Shown piece by piece: positions 27,504-37,141 of a DNA stretch of 64,000 bases (the first letter of the stretch is position 1; each line of letters begins with the position of its first letter). Both the position numbers and the translations under genes were made by a program. The stretch is from an uncultured Eubacteriales bacterium (lineage in GTDB: Bacteria > Bacillota > Clostridia > Oscillospirales > Oscillospiraceae): assembly GCA_949283375.1 (NCBI GenBank), contig CASDSM010000012.1, positions 44,827-108,826 of the forward strand, given 5' to 3'. The notes under the pieces were generated by a model that made no database searches, was not told the DNA's origin, and saw only the letters and a program-made list of their open reading frames with translations.

Positions 27504-28012
27504 AGCTTCCGTGGGATGCCGGGCGGCTGGGCGTGCTGCTCAAGCGCTGGCAGCCGGCCCTGCTGGTGCTCGCCGTCGGGCTGCTCCTCCTGCTCTGGCC
27601 CACCGGTTCGGACGATGCATCGGAGCGCGCGGCAGAGAGCGGAGCGACTGCGGCGGACTGGTCAGAGCAGACCCACGCGCTGGAGGCGCAGCTCTCCGCC
27701 GCCCTCTCCCAGATCGAGGGGGTGGGGGAGGCGACGGTGGTCCTCACCCTCGACAGCGGCGCGCGCCAGGAGCTGGCCGCGGATGAGGCGGAGGGGGAGC
27801 GGACGGCGGTCATCATCTCCACCGGCTCCGGCCAGGAGGAGGCGGTGCGCGTACAGGAGTTCTTCCCCAGATACCGCGGCGCGCTCATCGTCTGCGATGG
27901 GGGAGGGGAGGCACACGTCCAGCTGCGGGTCCTGCAGGCGGTCCAGGCGGTCACCGGTCTGTCTGCAAACCAAATATCCATCTGTGAAAGGACAGGAGGC
28001 AGTCAGAAATGA
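27500..28012 (+). CDS. spoIIIAG: Stage III sporulation protein AG
   Basis: TM, LE..L...LSQIEGVG...V, P..RG.LIVC.G, V..VT.L. Confidence 0.88.
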   Translation: MKLPWDAGRLGVLLKRWQPALLVLAVGLLLLLWPTGSDDASERAAESGATAADWSEQTHALEAQLSAALSQIEGVGEATVVLTLDSGARQELAADEAEGERTAVIISTGSGQEEAVRVQEFFPRYRGALIVCDGGGEAHVQLRVLQAVQAVTGLSANQISICERTGGSQK

Positions 28013-28641
28013 AGTTGTGGAAGCGAAACGCGGTGGTGGCGGCCATAGTGCTCTTTGTCTGTGTGGCGGTCTACCTCAACTGGTCCTACAGTCAGGAGGA
28101 GGCGGCGGTGAACGCCGCGGCCGGCCTGGCCGCGACCTCCTCCGAGGGGGAGACGAACAAGACCCTCGGCGAGGCGGCGCTCGTCAGCTCCGACAGCCTG
28201 AGCGCCGCGGAGGAGGGCGAGGCCGTCGCCGACACCTGGGAGTCCTCTGAGCGCGAGGCGGCCGCCGCCGTGAGCGGGGAGGAGTCCGGCGGCTACTTCG
28301 CCTCCGCCCGCCTGAACCGGGAGGAGGCCAGGGCGGAGGCACTGGCCATCCTGCAGGAGACGGTGGAGAGCGGCAGCGCGGACGAGGCCGCCGTGAGCGC
28401 CGCCTCTGAGAGCATCACCGCCATGGCCAACGCCACCCTGGCGGAGTCCCAGATCGAGAATCTGGTCACCGCCAAGGGCTATCCCGACTGCGTGGCCTAC
28501 ATTGGGGAAAACAGCGTCAGCGTCGTGGTCTCCACCGCCAGCGGCACGCTGGAGGCCTCCGACGTGGCCAAGATCACCGACATCGTCCTCGGCGAGACGG
28601 ACGTCGCCGCCAGCGCAGTCAAGGTGGTGCTGGCGCAGTAA
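28009..28641 (+). CDS. spoIIIAH: Stage III sporulation protein AH
   Basis: AVYLNW, YFA.ARL.RE..R, E..IE.L...KGY.D.V. Confidence 0.9.
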   Translation: MKLWKRNAVVAAIVLFVCVAVYLNWSYSQEEAAVNAAAGLAATSSEGETNKTLGEAALVSSDSLSAAEEGEAVADTWESSEREAAAAVSGEESGGYFASARLNREEARAEALAILQETVESGSADEAAVSAASESITAMANATLAESQIENLVTAKGYPDCVAYIGENSVSVVVSTASGTLEASDVAKITDIVLGETDVAASAVKVVLAQ

Positions 28642-28649
28642 AAGAACAG

Positions 28650-28695
28650 GCGGGCTTCCGCGCGGTCTCTGCGTGCGGAAGCCCGCTTTCTGTTT
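28650..28695 (+). terminator. Terminator after spoIIIAH
   Basis: GCGGGCTTCCGCGC...GCGTGCGGAAGCCCGC followed by TTTCTGTTT. Confidence 0.8.
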
Positions 28696-28830
28696 CCAGA
28701 AGTCAATGAATTTTCGCGGAAAGGGTTTTCATTTTGTATACGCTGGTGTATAATGACCTAAATACTGTATATTGGGCCATTGTGTCGAAAAGACCGGCGG
28801 CCCGCATGGACAGACAGGGAGGAACGGGAG

Positions 28831-29292
28831 ATGACGAGAACTGCGGCCCGTGAATTGGCAGTCCGCCTGGCCTACGAGCTGGGCTACACGAATGAGAGTG
28901 CGAGCGCCCTGCTCGCGCGCGCGCTCGACCGGGAGGAATACGACACCCTGGGCCAGGAGGACACGCTCTACCAGAGCTATCCGGAGGGACAGGCCGCCAG
29001 TTACCTGCGCACCGTGGTCGAGGGCGTCGGCGCGCATGGGGCGGAGCTGGACGGATACATTGAGAAGTACGCCATCGGCTGGCAGTTCGCCCGCCTGCCC
29101 CGGGTAGCCACGGCGATCATGCGCGTGGCGATGTACGAGATGCTCTACATGCCGGAGATCCCCAACCGAACCGCCATCAACGAGGCGGTGAACATCGCCA
29201 AGCGCTATGAGGACGAGAAGGTGGTCGGCTTCATCAACGGCATCCTCGGCTCCTTCCTGCGCGGGGAGCTCCCGGAGGAGGAGCAGTCATGA
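28831..29292 (+). CDS. nusB: Transcription antitermination factor
   Basis: R..ARE.A....Y, D..I.....GW...RL, R.A.YE, ..INEAV..AK.Y, FING.L. Confidence 0.93.
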   Translation: MTRTAARELAVRLAYELGYTNESASALLARALDREEYDTLGQEDTLYQSYPEGQAASYLRTVVEGVGAHGAELDGYIEKYAIGWQFARLPRVATAIMRVAMYEMLYMPEIPNRTAINEAVNIAKRYEDEKVVGFINGILGSFLRGELPEEEQS

Positions 29293-30224
29293 CCGCCGCC
29301 CTCGGCCTGGACACGAGCAACTATACCACCTCCGCCGCCGTCTGCCGCGCCGACGGCACGGGGGCGAACGCCGGCAAGCTCCTGGAGGTGCAGGAGGGCG
29401 CCCTCGGCCTGCGCCAGAGCGAGGCCCTCTTCCAGCACGTCAAGGCCCTGCCCGGCCGCCTGCGTGAGCTGGAGGAGCAGGGACTGCTGCGCGGCCTTGC
29501 CGCAGTCGGCGCGAGCACCCGTCCGCGCGAGGCGGAGGGGTCCTATATGCCCTGCTTCCTTCCGGGCGCCACCACCGGCGAGTCTCTGGCCGCCGCGCTC
29601 GGCGTCCCCTACTACCGCTTTTCCCACCAGCAGGGCCATGTGGCCGCCGTCTGCTGGTCGGCCGGACGGCTCGATCTGCTCGACCGCCCTGCCCTCGCCT
29701 GGCATCTCTCCGGCGGGACCACCGAGCTGCTCATGGTGGTCCCGGAGGGGAGGAGCGTCCACTGCGTCCGCATCGGCGGCACCACCGACCTCTCCGCCGG
29801 ACAGCTCATCGACCGGACCGGGCAGCTGCTGCGCGCCCCCTTCCCGTCCGGGAAGACGCTGGACAGGCTCTCACAGTTCTCGGGGCGGAAGGACGCCTTC
29901 CGCGTCCGGCTCCAGGGGCTGGAGTTCTCCCTCTCCGGGGTGGAGAATCAGGTGCGCGACCGCGTTGCCGCCCACGCCCTCCCGTCGGACGTGGCCCGCT
30001 TTGCCCTGCTCACCATCGCCTCCGCCGTCGTCCGAACGACGCGGGCGGCCCGGCGGCAGTATCCCGGCCTCCCTGTCCTCTGCTCGGGCGGCGTGGCCTC
30101 CAACACCCTGCTGCGCCAGGCGCTGGAGGGGGAGGGGGCCGTCTTTGCCGACGGAGCCTACAGCACGGACAACGCCATGGGTATCGCCGTGCTCGCCCTG
30201 CGCCGGCTGGGACAGGGGGCCTGA
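29289..30224 (+). CDS. TsaD/Kae1-like ASKHA-fold protein (peptidase M22 family paralog)
   Basis: LGLDTSNYTTS, HQQGH, LSGGTTE, G..IDR.G..L..PFP.G, GGVASN, STDNA. Confidence 0.75.
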   Translation: MTAALGLDTSNYTTSAAVCRADGTGANAGKLLEVQEGALGLRQSEALFQHVKALPGRLRELEEQGLLRGLAAVGASTRPREAEGSYMPCFLPGATTGESLAAALGVPYYRFSHQQGHVAAVCWSAGRLDLLDRPALAWHLSGGTTELLMVVPEGRSVHCVRIGGTTDLSAGQLIDRTGQLLRAPFPSGKTLDRLSQFSGRKDAFRVRLQGLEFSLSGVENQVRDRVAAHALPSDVARFALLTIASAVVRTTRAARRQYPGLPVLCSGGVASNTLLRQALEGEGAVFADGAYSTDNAMGIAVLALRRLGQGA

Positions 30225-30227
30225 CGG

Positions 30228-31469
30228 ATGGAGCAGAACATCCTCACCGTCACCCAGGTCAACCAGTATCTGAAGGCCAAGCTGGACGGGGACCGGATCC
30301 TCAGTGCGGTGGCGGTGCGCGGGGAGATCTCCAACTACAAGTGTTATCCGTCCGGACATCACTATTTTTCACTCAAGGACGGGGAGGGGGCGCTGCGCTG
30401 CGTCCTCTTCCGCTCCTCCGCCCAGCGCCTGCGCTTCCGCCCGGAGAACGGGATGAAGGTGATCGCCCGCGGACGCGTCACCGTCTTCCCGCGCGACGGG
30501 CAGTATCAGCTCTACACGGACGGCCTGATCCCGGACGGCGTGGGCGAGCTCTATGTCGCCTTTGAGCAGCTCAAGGCAAAGCTCCAGCAGGAGGGCCTCT
30601 TTGACCCGGCGCACAAGCGTCCGCTGCCCCCCTATCCGGAGCGCATCGCCCTCATCACCTCCGCCGCCGGTGCGGCGGTACACGATATGCTGCGCATCCT
30701 CAGAGCGCGCTGGCCGGTGGCCGAGGTGCTGCTGCTGCCGGTGCGCGTCCAGGGGCAGCAGGCCCCCGCCGAGCTGGCCGGGGCGCTGCGCTATGCCAAC
30801 CGCCACCGCCTGGCCGACCTCATCATCATCGGCCGGGGCGGCGGCTCGATGGAGGACCTCTGGGCCTTCAACGACGAGCGCCTGGCCCGGGAGATCTACC
30901 GCTCCGAGCTGCCGGTGATCTCCGCCGTCGGCCATGAGCCGGATGTGACCATCTCCGACTTTGTGGCCGACCTGCGCGCGGCGACCCCGTCCAACGCGGC
31001 GGAGCTGGCCGCGCCGGATCGCCGGGAGCTCATGGCGCAGATGGACCATCAGGCTACCCGGATGCGCCGGGCGATGGCCGCCCGCCTGGAGCGGGAGAGA
31101 AAGCGCCTGGATCGCTGCGCCGCCAGCCGGGTCCTGACAGACCCGCTCGCCTCCATCCGGGACAAGCGCGTCCTGCTCGACTGGCAGCAGAGCCGTCTGG
31201 CGAGCCATATGAGCGCCGCACTTCAGGCCTGCCGCGGCGCGCTCGGCGCGCAGGCTGCCGCGCTCGATGCGCTCAGCCCGCTCAAGGTGCTCGGCCGGGG
31301 ATACTCCCTCGCCCGGGACGAGGAGGGGAAGGTGATCTCCTCCGTCCGTCAGGTGTGCGCCGGTCAGCCTATCTCTCTTCGCCTGTCCGATGGGACGCTG
31401 GACTGCACCGTGATGGGGGTGCAGGAGGAGGACACGCCCGACCGCCCGCCCGCACGGCGGACACGATGA
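30228..31469 (+). CDS. xseA: Exodeoxyribonuclease VII large subunit
   Basis: GEISN....SGH.YFSLKD, GRGGGS.EDLWAFN, SAVGHE.D.TI.D..AD.RA.TPS. Confidence 0.96.
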   Translation: MEQNILTVTQVNQYLKAKLDGDRILSAVAVRGEISNYKCYPSGHHYFSLKDGEGALRCVLFRSSAQRLRFRPENGMKVIARGRVTVFPRDGQYQLYTDGLIPDGVGELYVAFEQLKAKLQQEGLFDPAHKRPLPPYPERIALITSAAGAAVHDMLRILRARWPVAEVLLLPVRVQGQQAPAELAGALRYANRHRLADLIIIGRGGGSMEDLWAFNDERLAREIYRSELPVISAVGHEPDVTISDFVADLRAATPSNAAELAAPDRRELMAQMDHQATRMRRAMAARLERERKRLDRCAASRVLTDPLASIRDKRVLLDWQQSRLASHMSAALQACRGALGAQAAALDALSPLKVLGRGYSLARDEEGKVISSVRQVCAGQPISLRLSDGTLDCTVMGVQEEDTPDRPPARRTR

Positions 31470-31495
31470 ACAGACAGAAAGGAACGATCAGAACC

Positions 31496-31735
31496 ATGCC
31501 GCCCAAAAAACGGAGTTTTGAGGAGTCTATGGCCCGTCTGGAGGCCATCGTTGCCCAGCTCGAACAGGGGGAGGCTCCGCTGGAGGAGTCCATCGCGCTG
31601 TTTGAAGAGGGGACAAAGCTGATTGCAGGCTGCACCAGACTGCTCGATACCGCCGAGCAGAAGGTGCTCAAGCTCTCCAAGGGGCCGGACGGCGAGCCGG
31701 TGGGAGAGCCGTTTATGTCGGAAAGCGAGGGCTGA
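31496..31735 (+). CDS. xseB: Exodeoxyribonuclease VII small subunit
   Basis: SFEE.M.RLE.IV..LE.G...LEES..LFEEG..L...C...L..AEQK. Confidence 0.95.
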   Translation: MPPKKRSFEESMARLEAIVAQLEQGEAPLEESIALFEEGTKLIAGCTRLLDTAEQKVLKLSKGPDGEPVGEPFMSESEG

Positions 31736-31738
31736 GCA

Positions 31739-32614
31739 GTGGAATTTATGCAGGAATTGGAGGTCTGCCAGCGGCAGATCGAGGAATATCTGGCCGGATG
31801 CTTCGCCGGCCAGCCGGCCTACCGCGCCCTCTACGAGGCGATGCGCTACAGCCTCCTGGCCGGGGGAAAGCGCATTCGCCCGGTGCTCACCGTCCAGTTC
31901 TGCCGCGCCCTCGGCGGCACGGCGGAGCAGGCCCTGCCGTTTGCGGCGGCCATTGAGATGGTGCACACCTATTCTCTGATCCACGACGACCTGCCCAGCA
32001 TGGACAACGACACCCTGCGCCGCGGCAGGCCGACCAACCATGTGGTCTATGGCGAGGGCCTGGCCATCCTGGCGGGGGATGCGCTTCAGACCGCCGCCTT
32101 TGAGCAGGTGCTCTCGGCCAGCCTGCCGGCCGGGCGCTGCGCGGCGGCCGCCCTCATCCTGGCCCGGGCCGCCGGTCCGGACGGGATGGTCGCCGGACAG
32201 GTGCTCGACATGGAGGGGGAGACGCGCGAGCTCTCTCTGGAGGAGATCACGGATATGAACGCGCGCAAGACCGGCTGCCTGCTCGAGGCGGCCGCGCAGA
32301 TGGGCGTCACCGCCGCCGGCGGGACGGAGGCCCAGCTGCGCGCCGCGCGGGAGTACGCCGCCGCCATCGGCCTGGCCTTCCAGATCCGGGACGATATGCT
32401 CAATATCACCTCCACCCGGGAGGAGATGGGCAAGAGCGTCGGCAGCGACGCGCAGCGCGGCAAGAGCACCTATGTCGCCCATCTGGGGCTGGAGGGCTGC
32501 GCCCGCATTGTGGAGGAGCAGACCGCCCGGGCCAAGGCGGCCCTTGCGGGGAGCGGCATGGACAGCGCTTTTTTCTGCCAGCTGGCGGACTATCTGGCCA
32601 GCCGGGATCACTGA
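31739..32614 (+). CDS. ispA: Geranyl/farnesyl diphosphate synthase
   Basis: GGKRIRP, HTYSLIHDDLP.MDND..RRG.PT, AGQ..D, KTG.L, FQIRDD. Confidence 0.93.
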   Translation: MEFMQELEVCQRQIEEYLAGCFAGQPAYRALYEAMRYSLLAGGKRIRPVLTVQFCRALGGTAEQALPFAAAIEMVHTYSLIHDDLPSMDNDTLRRGRPTNHVVYGEGLAILAGDALQTAAFEQVLSASLPAGRCAAAALILARAAGPDGMVAGQVLDMEGETRELSLEEITDMNARKTGCLLEAAAQMGVTAAGGTEAQLRAAREYAAAIGLAFQIRDDMLNITSTREEMGKSVGSDAQRGKSTYVAHLGLEGCARIVEEQTARAKAALAGSGMDSAFFCQLADYLASRDH

Positions 32615-32638
32615 GCAGCGGAACAGGGAGGAGCAGAT

Positions 32639-33091
32639 ATGTATTTTTCCTTTGGAAATCAGGTCCTGATTCTCTCCGCGCTCTCCTGGGCGCTGGCCCA
32701 GATCATCAAGGGGATCATCCAGCGCATTGTGGAGGGTTCCTTTTCCCTGGAGCAGTTTCTGGCCAGCGGCGGGATGCCGAGCTCTCACTCCGCCCTGGTG
32801 ACCTGCTGCGCCGTGTCCATGGGGGTGCGCTATGGCTTTGACTCCGGCCTCTTCGCGCTCTCCTGCCTGTTTGCCATTGTGGTGATGTATGATGCCTGCC
32901 ATGTGCGCAAATCCTCCGGCGACCAGGCGGAGGTGCTCAACCGGCTGATGCTGGCCCTCCAGCAGTCCAACCCTGACGTGGCGGTCCGCCAGCTCAAGGT
33001 CATCATGGGCCACACCACGCTCCAGGTCTTTTTCGGCGCGCTCCTCGGCTGCGCGGTCGCCCTGCTGGGAACGCTGCTGCTGCACGCGTGA
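32639..33091 (+). CDS. Divergent PAP2 (DUF212) membrane protein
   Basis: AQ..K, GGMPSSHSA, VMYDA..VR, GHT..QV. Confidence 0.9.
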   Translation: MYFSFGNQVLILSALSWALAQIIKGIIQRIVEGSFSLEQFLASGGMPSSHSALVTCCAVSMGVRYGFDSGLFALSCLFAIVVMYDACHVRKSSGDQAEVLNRLMLALQQSNPDVAVRQLKVIMGHTTLQVFFGALLGCAVALLGTLLLHA

Positions 33092-33103
33092 CCGGGATAT
33101 ACT

Positions 33104-34966
33104 GTGAGGTTAGATAATATGTGGGAATACTTGCAGCACCTCTCTCTGCCGCTCACAGAGCTGACCGATGCGGAGGGAGTGGAGCTCTGCCGGAATCTCC
33201 GCCGGGATCTGGTGGCCTCTGTCGCCCGGACGGGCGGACATCTGGCGTCCAATCTGGGCGCGGTGGAGCTGACGGTGGCGATCCACCGGGCCTACGACAC
33301 CACGCGCGACCGCGTCGTCTTCGACGTGGGCCACCAGTGCTATATTCACAAGATCCTGACCGGCCGGGCCGGCCAGATGGATACGATGCGCCAGTTTGGC
33401 GGTCTGGCCGGGTTCCCCAAGCCGTCGGAGAGCGTCCATGACGCCTTCATCGCCGGTCATGCCTCCGACTCGGTCTCGGTGGCGGTGGGGATGGCCCGCG
33501 CCCGTACCATCCTCGGGGAGGACTATGAGGTGCTCGCCGTCATCGGAGATGGCGCGCTCACCGGCGGCCTCTCCTACGAGGGCCTCTCCGATGCCGGCGG
33601 CAGCGGCGAGCGAATGATCGTCGTCGTCAACGACAACGGCATGAGCATCAAGAAGAACGTCGGCGGCATCGCCACCCTCCTGCGCCGGCACCACCTCAAG
33701 CCGACCTATCTCAGCTTTAAGAAATTCTACCGCGCCTTCACCCGGCGGATTCCGGGCGGACAGCGCCTCTATGCCCTGACCCACCGCATCAAAAAGGCGA
33801 TCAAGGGCACCCTCCTGCCGTCGAGCATGTTTGAGGACATGGGCTTTACCTACATCGGCCCGGTGGACGGACATAATCTGAGCGAGCTGACCCGCCTGCT
33901 CCGCTTTGCCAAGTCCATCGACGGCCCCGTCCTGCTGCACATCCGCACCGTCAAGGGAAAGGGCTACCCGCCCGCAGAGCAGAATCCGGACCGCTTTCAC
34001 GGCGTCACCCCCTTCTCCGTCCCCACCGGCGCCCCGCTGCGCGAGGCGGGGGAGAACTTCTCCGCCGTCTTCGGCAGGGCGATGGTGGAGCTGGGGGAGC
34101 AGAACCTCAGCCTCTGCGCGGTGACTGCCGCGATGGAGAGCGGCACCGGCCTGACGGAGTTCGCGAGAGCTTACCCCAGGCGCTTCTTCGACGTCGGCAT
34201 CGCCGAGGGGCACGCCGTCTCCATGTGCGCCGGCATGGCCCGGCAGGGCGTGGTGCCCGTCTTTGCGGTCTACTCCACCTTCCTCCAGCGCTCCTATGAC
34301 ATGCTCATCCACGATGTGGCTATTCAGAAGCTCCACGTCGTCCTCGCCATCGACCGGGCCGGTCTGGTGGGGGAGGACGGGGAGACCCATCAGGGCACCT
34401 ATGATCTCGCCATGCTCGCCGCCGTGCCGCATATGGTGGTCCTCGCCCCGGCCAGCTTCCGCGAGCTGCGCACCATGCTGGACTGGGCGGTGAACGAGGC
34501 GAAGGGCCCGGTCGCCGTCCGCTACCCCCGCGGCGGGGAGAACGGCTTTTCCGAAGATACCGGCCTGGATCCCACAGTCTGCCTGTGGGAGGGGACCGAC
34601 CTCACCCTCGTCTCCTATGGGACCCTGCTGGGCGAGGCGCTGGAGGCGGCCCGCCTCGCGCAGACGCGCGGCATCTCCTGCGCGGTGTTCAAGATCAACC
34701 GCCTCACCCCTCTCGACAGCGGCCCGATCCTCGACAGCGTCGGCCAGACCCACCGCCTGCTGGTGGTGGAGGAGGTCGCCTCCCACGGCTCGGTGGGGCG
34801 TGACCTTGCGACCCAGCTCGCCGCGCTCAACGCCTGGCTCGGAAGGGTGATCCTCCTCAACGCGGGGGACGGGCTGGTGCGCCACGGCTCGGTCGCGCAG
34901 CTGCGCGCCCTGCTCGGCATCGACGCGCAGCACATCGCCGCCACGATCGAGGAGGCGGTCCGGTGA
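33104..34966 (+). CDS. dxs: 1-deoxy-D-xylulose-5-phosphate synthase
   Basis: GGHLASNLG.VELT, FDVGHQ.Y.HK, GH.S.S.S, GDGA, NDN, DVGIAE.HAV, YSTFLQR.YD...HD. Confidence 0.97.
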   Translation: MRLDNMWEYLQHLSLPLTELTDAEGVELCRNLRRDLVASVARTGGHLASNLGAVELTVAIHRAYDTTRDRVVFDVGHQCYIHKILTGRAGQMDTMRQFGGLAGFPKPSESVHDAFIAGHASDSVSVAVGMARARTILGEDYEVLAVIGDGALTGGLSYEGLSDAGGSGERMIVVVNDNGMSIKKNVGGIATLLRRHHLKPTYLSFKKFYRAFTRRIPGGQRLYALTHRIKKAIKGTLLPSSMFEDMGFTYIGPVDGHNLSELTRLLRFAKSIDGPVLLHIRTVKGKGYPPAEQNPDRFHGVTPFSVPTGAPLREAGENFSAVFGRAMVELGEQNLSLCAVTAAMESGTGLTEFARAYPRRFFDVGIAEGHAVSMCAGMARQGVVPVFAVYSTFLQRSYDMLIHDVAIQKLHVVLAIDRAGLVGEDGETHQGTYDLAMLAAVPHMVVLAPASFRELRTMLDWAVNEAKGPVAVRYPRGGENGFSEDTGLDPTVCLWEGTDLTLVSYGTLLGEALEAARLAQTRGISCAVFKINRLTPLDSGPILDSVGQTHRLLVVEEVASHGSVGRDLATQLAALNAWLGRVILLNAGDGLVRHGSVAQLRALLGIDAQHIAATIEEAVR

Positions 34967-35772
34967 GCCGGGGGATGCGGCTGGACCAGGAGCTGGTCCA
35001 GCGGGGCCTTGCCCCCACGCGCCAGAAGGCGCAGGCGGTCATCATGAGCGGCCTGGTCTTCGTGGACGGCCGCCGGGTGGACAAGTGCGGCTTCGCCGTC
35101 CGCCCGGACAGCGAGATCGAGGTGCGCGGCAAAACGCTGGCCTACGTCAGCCGCGGCGGCCTGAAGCTGGAAAAGGCGCTCAAAACCTGGCCGATCGACC
35201 TGCGCGGGGCGACGGCGATGGACTGCGGCGCCTCCACCGGCGGCTTTACCGACTGCATGCTGCAAAACGGGGCGGAGAAGGTCTACGCCGTCGACGTCGG
35301 CTACGGCCAGCTCGACTGGAAGCTGCGGGAGGATACGCGCGTGGTCTGCCTGGAGCGGACGAACGCCCGCTATCTCACCCGGGAGCAGATCCCCGACCCG
35401 CTGGACTTCGTGTCGGTGGATGTGTCCTTCATCTCCCTCGGGCTGATCCTGCCCGCCCTGCGCCCCCTCCTGCGCGAGACGGGGCAGATGGTCTGCCTCG
35501 TCAAGCCCCAGTTTGAGGCGGGGCGGGAGAAGGTGGGCAAGAAGGGGGTCGTGCGCGACCCCGCCGTACACCGCGAGGTGCTTGAGCAGTTCCTCCGCCA
35601 CGCCGCGCAGAATGAGCTGCACGTCCTCGGCCTGACCTTTTCCCCTATCCGCGGGCCGGAGGGGAACATCGAATACTTGGGCTGGCTCTCCGTCCGGCCG
35701 GAGGAGCGCGCCCTGCCTGAGCTGGAGGCGCTGGTCCGCCAGTCCCATGAGACGCTGGAGACAAGCCTATGA
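34963..35772 (+). CDS. tlyA: TlyA-family rRNA methyltransferase
   Basis: RLD..L, YVSRGGLKL..AL, D.GASTGGFTD, DVG..QL, DVSFISL, L.KPQFE, G..GNIEY. Confidence 0.95.
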   Translation: MSRGMRLDQELVQRGLAPTRQKAQAVIMSGLVFVDGRRVDKCGFAVRPDSEIEVRGKTLAYVSRGGLKLEKALKTWPIDLRGATAMDCGASTGGFTDCMLQNGAEKVYAVDVGYGQLDWKLREDTRVVCLERTNARYLTREQIPDPLDFVSVDVSFISLGLILPALRPLLRETGQMVCLVKPQFEAGREKVGKKGVVRDPAVHREVLEQFLRHAAQNELHVLGLTFSPIRGPEGNIEYLGWLSVRPEERALPELEALVRQSHETLETSL

Positions 35773-36629
35773 ATGTCATTCTCAGTCCCAATCCATACCG
35801 TGATAAGGGCCTGCGCACCGTCCGCGAGGCGCAGAGGATCCTGGAGCAGGACGGCGTGCAGACGGAGATCTGCCTGCCCTTCCACCCCGACGCGAACTAT
35901 GACGCACCGGAGGGGGTGACGGTGACAGATATCCGCCAGGCCGCGCCGCGCGCGGACATGCTCATCTGCTTTGGCGGCGACGGCACTATCCTCCACTCCG
36001 CCAAGCTCGCCGCCCAGTACCGGATCCCGGTGCTCGGCGTCAATATGGGCAGCGTCGGCTTTATGGCGGAGCTGGAGCACAGCGAGCTCAAGCTCCTGCA
36101 CCGCCTGGTGGAGGGGAAGTATTCCTGTGAAAAGCGGATGCTGATGGATGTGCGCGTCTTCCGGGAAAACCGCTCCATCTTCCAGGACATCGCCCTAAAC
36201 GATGCCACCATCACCAAGGGCGCGGTGGCGCGGGTGATCGACCTGTCCGTCTACGGGGACCGGGTGAAGATGATGGAGTTCTCCGGCGATGGAGTGATCG
36301 TCTCCACCCCCACCGGCTCCACCGCATACTCCATGTCCGCCGGAGGCCCCATCGTGGAGCCGACGGCGGAGAACCTGATCATCACCCCCATCTGCGCCCA
36401 CGCCCTGCAGGCCAAGAGCTTCGTCCTCGGCGCTGACCGGGTGGTTGCCGTGCGCACCCAGCGGCAGAGCCGCAAGAGCGCCTACCTCTCGGTGGACGGG
36501 GGGCGGGCCTTCCGCCTGAGCGGGGGAGACGTGGTGGAGCTGCGCAATTCACAGCGCCATATCGAGCTGGTCCGCCTCACCGGGCGGCACTTCTACGAGA
36601 TCGTCAACCAAAAACTGGGCAGAAATTGA
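35769..36629 (+). CDS. nadK: NAD kinase
   Basis: GGDGT.L, G.N.G..GF, ALND, DG..VSTPTGSTAY.MSAGGP. Confidence 0.95.
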   Translation: MNVILSPNPYRDKGLRTVREAQRILEQDGVQTEICLPFHPDANYDAPEGVTVTDIRQAAPRADMLICFGGDGTILHSAKLAAQYRIPVLGVNMGSVGFMAELEHSELKLLHRLVEGKYSCEKRMLMDVRVFRENRSIFQDIALNDATITKGAVARVIDLSVYGDRVKMMEFSGDGVIVSTPTGSTAYSMSAGGPIVEPTAENLIITPICAHALQAKSFVLGADRVVAVRTQRQSRKSAYLSVDGGRAFRLSGGDVVELRNSQRHIELVRLTGRHFYEIVNQKLGRN

Positions 36630-36645
36630 GGGAAGGAGGGAAGGC

Positions 36646-37098
36646 ATGAAGGAGAGCAGACAACAGGCCATTTTGGAGATCATCGCCGAGCGGGAGATGG
36701 AGACGCAGGAGCAGCTGCTCACCGCCCTGCGCGCGCGCGGCTTTCGGTGTACGCAGGCGACCATCTCGCGCGACATCAAGGAGCTGCAGCTCGTCAAGGA
36801 GCTCTCGGGCGCCGGGAGCTACCGCTATGCCGTCTCTGATCGTAGGGGAAAGGGAGAGCACGACGAGCGGCTGCGCAATATCTTCCGGGAAGGGGTCATC
36901 AGTGCCGCCGCTGCGCAGAATCTGGTGGTGCTCAAGACGATGCCCGGCCTCGCCAACGCGGCGGCCGCCGCCCTGGACCGGATGGAGATGGAGGGCATGG
37001 TGGGCACCCTGGCCGGGGACGACACCGCCCTGCTCATCATGCAGACCGCGCAGGATGCGGAGGCCTTCTGCAGCGAGATTCGGGGCATGCTGCGCTGA
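36646..37098 (+). CDS. argR: Arginine repressor
   Basis: RQ..IL.II, TQ..L, TQATISRDIKEL.LVK, LKT.PG, GTLAGDDT. Confidence 0.96.
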   Translation: MKESRQQAILEIIAEREMETQEQLLTALRARGFRCTQATISRDIKELQLVKELSGAGSYRYAVSDRRGKGEHDERLRNIFREGVISAAAAQNLVVLKTMPGLANAAAAALDRMEMEGMVGTLAGDDTALLIMQTAQDAEAFCSEIRGMLR

Positions 37099-37141
37099 CG
37101 GCAGCGCGTGGGACAAGCCGCTGTGAGGAGGAAACGGGACG

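Noticed and set aside
28783-28789. Spo0A box TGTCGAA downstream of the nusB promoter
   Set aside because: A single 7-mer is not significant on its own.
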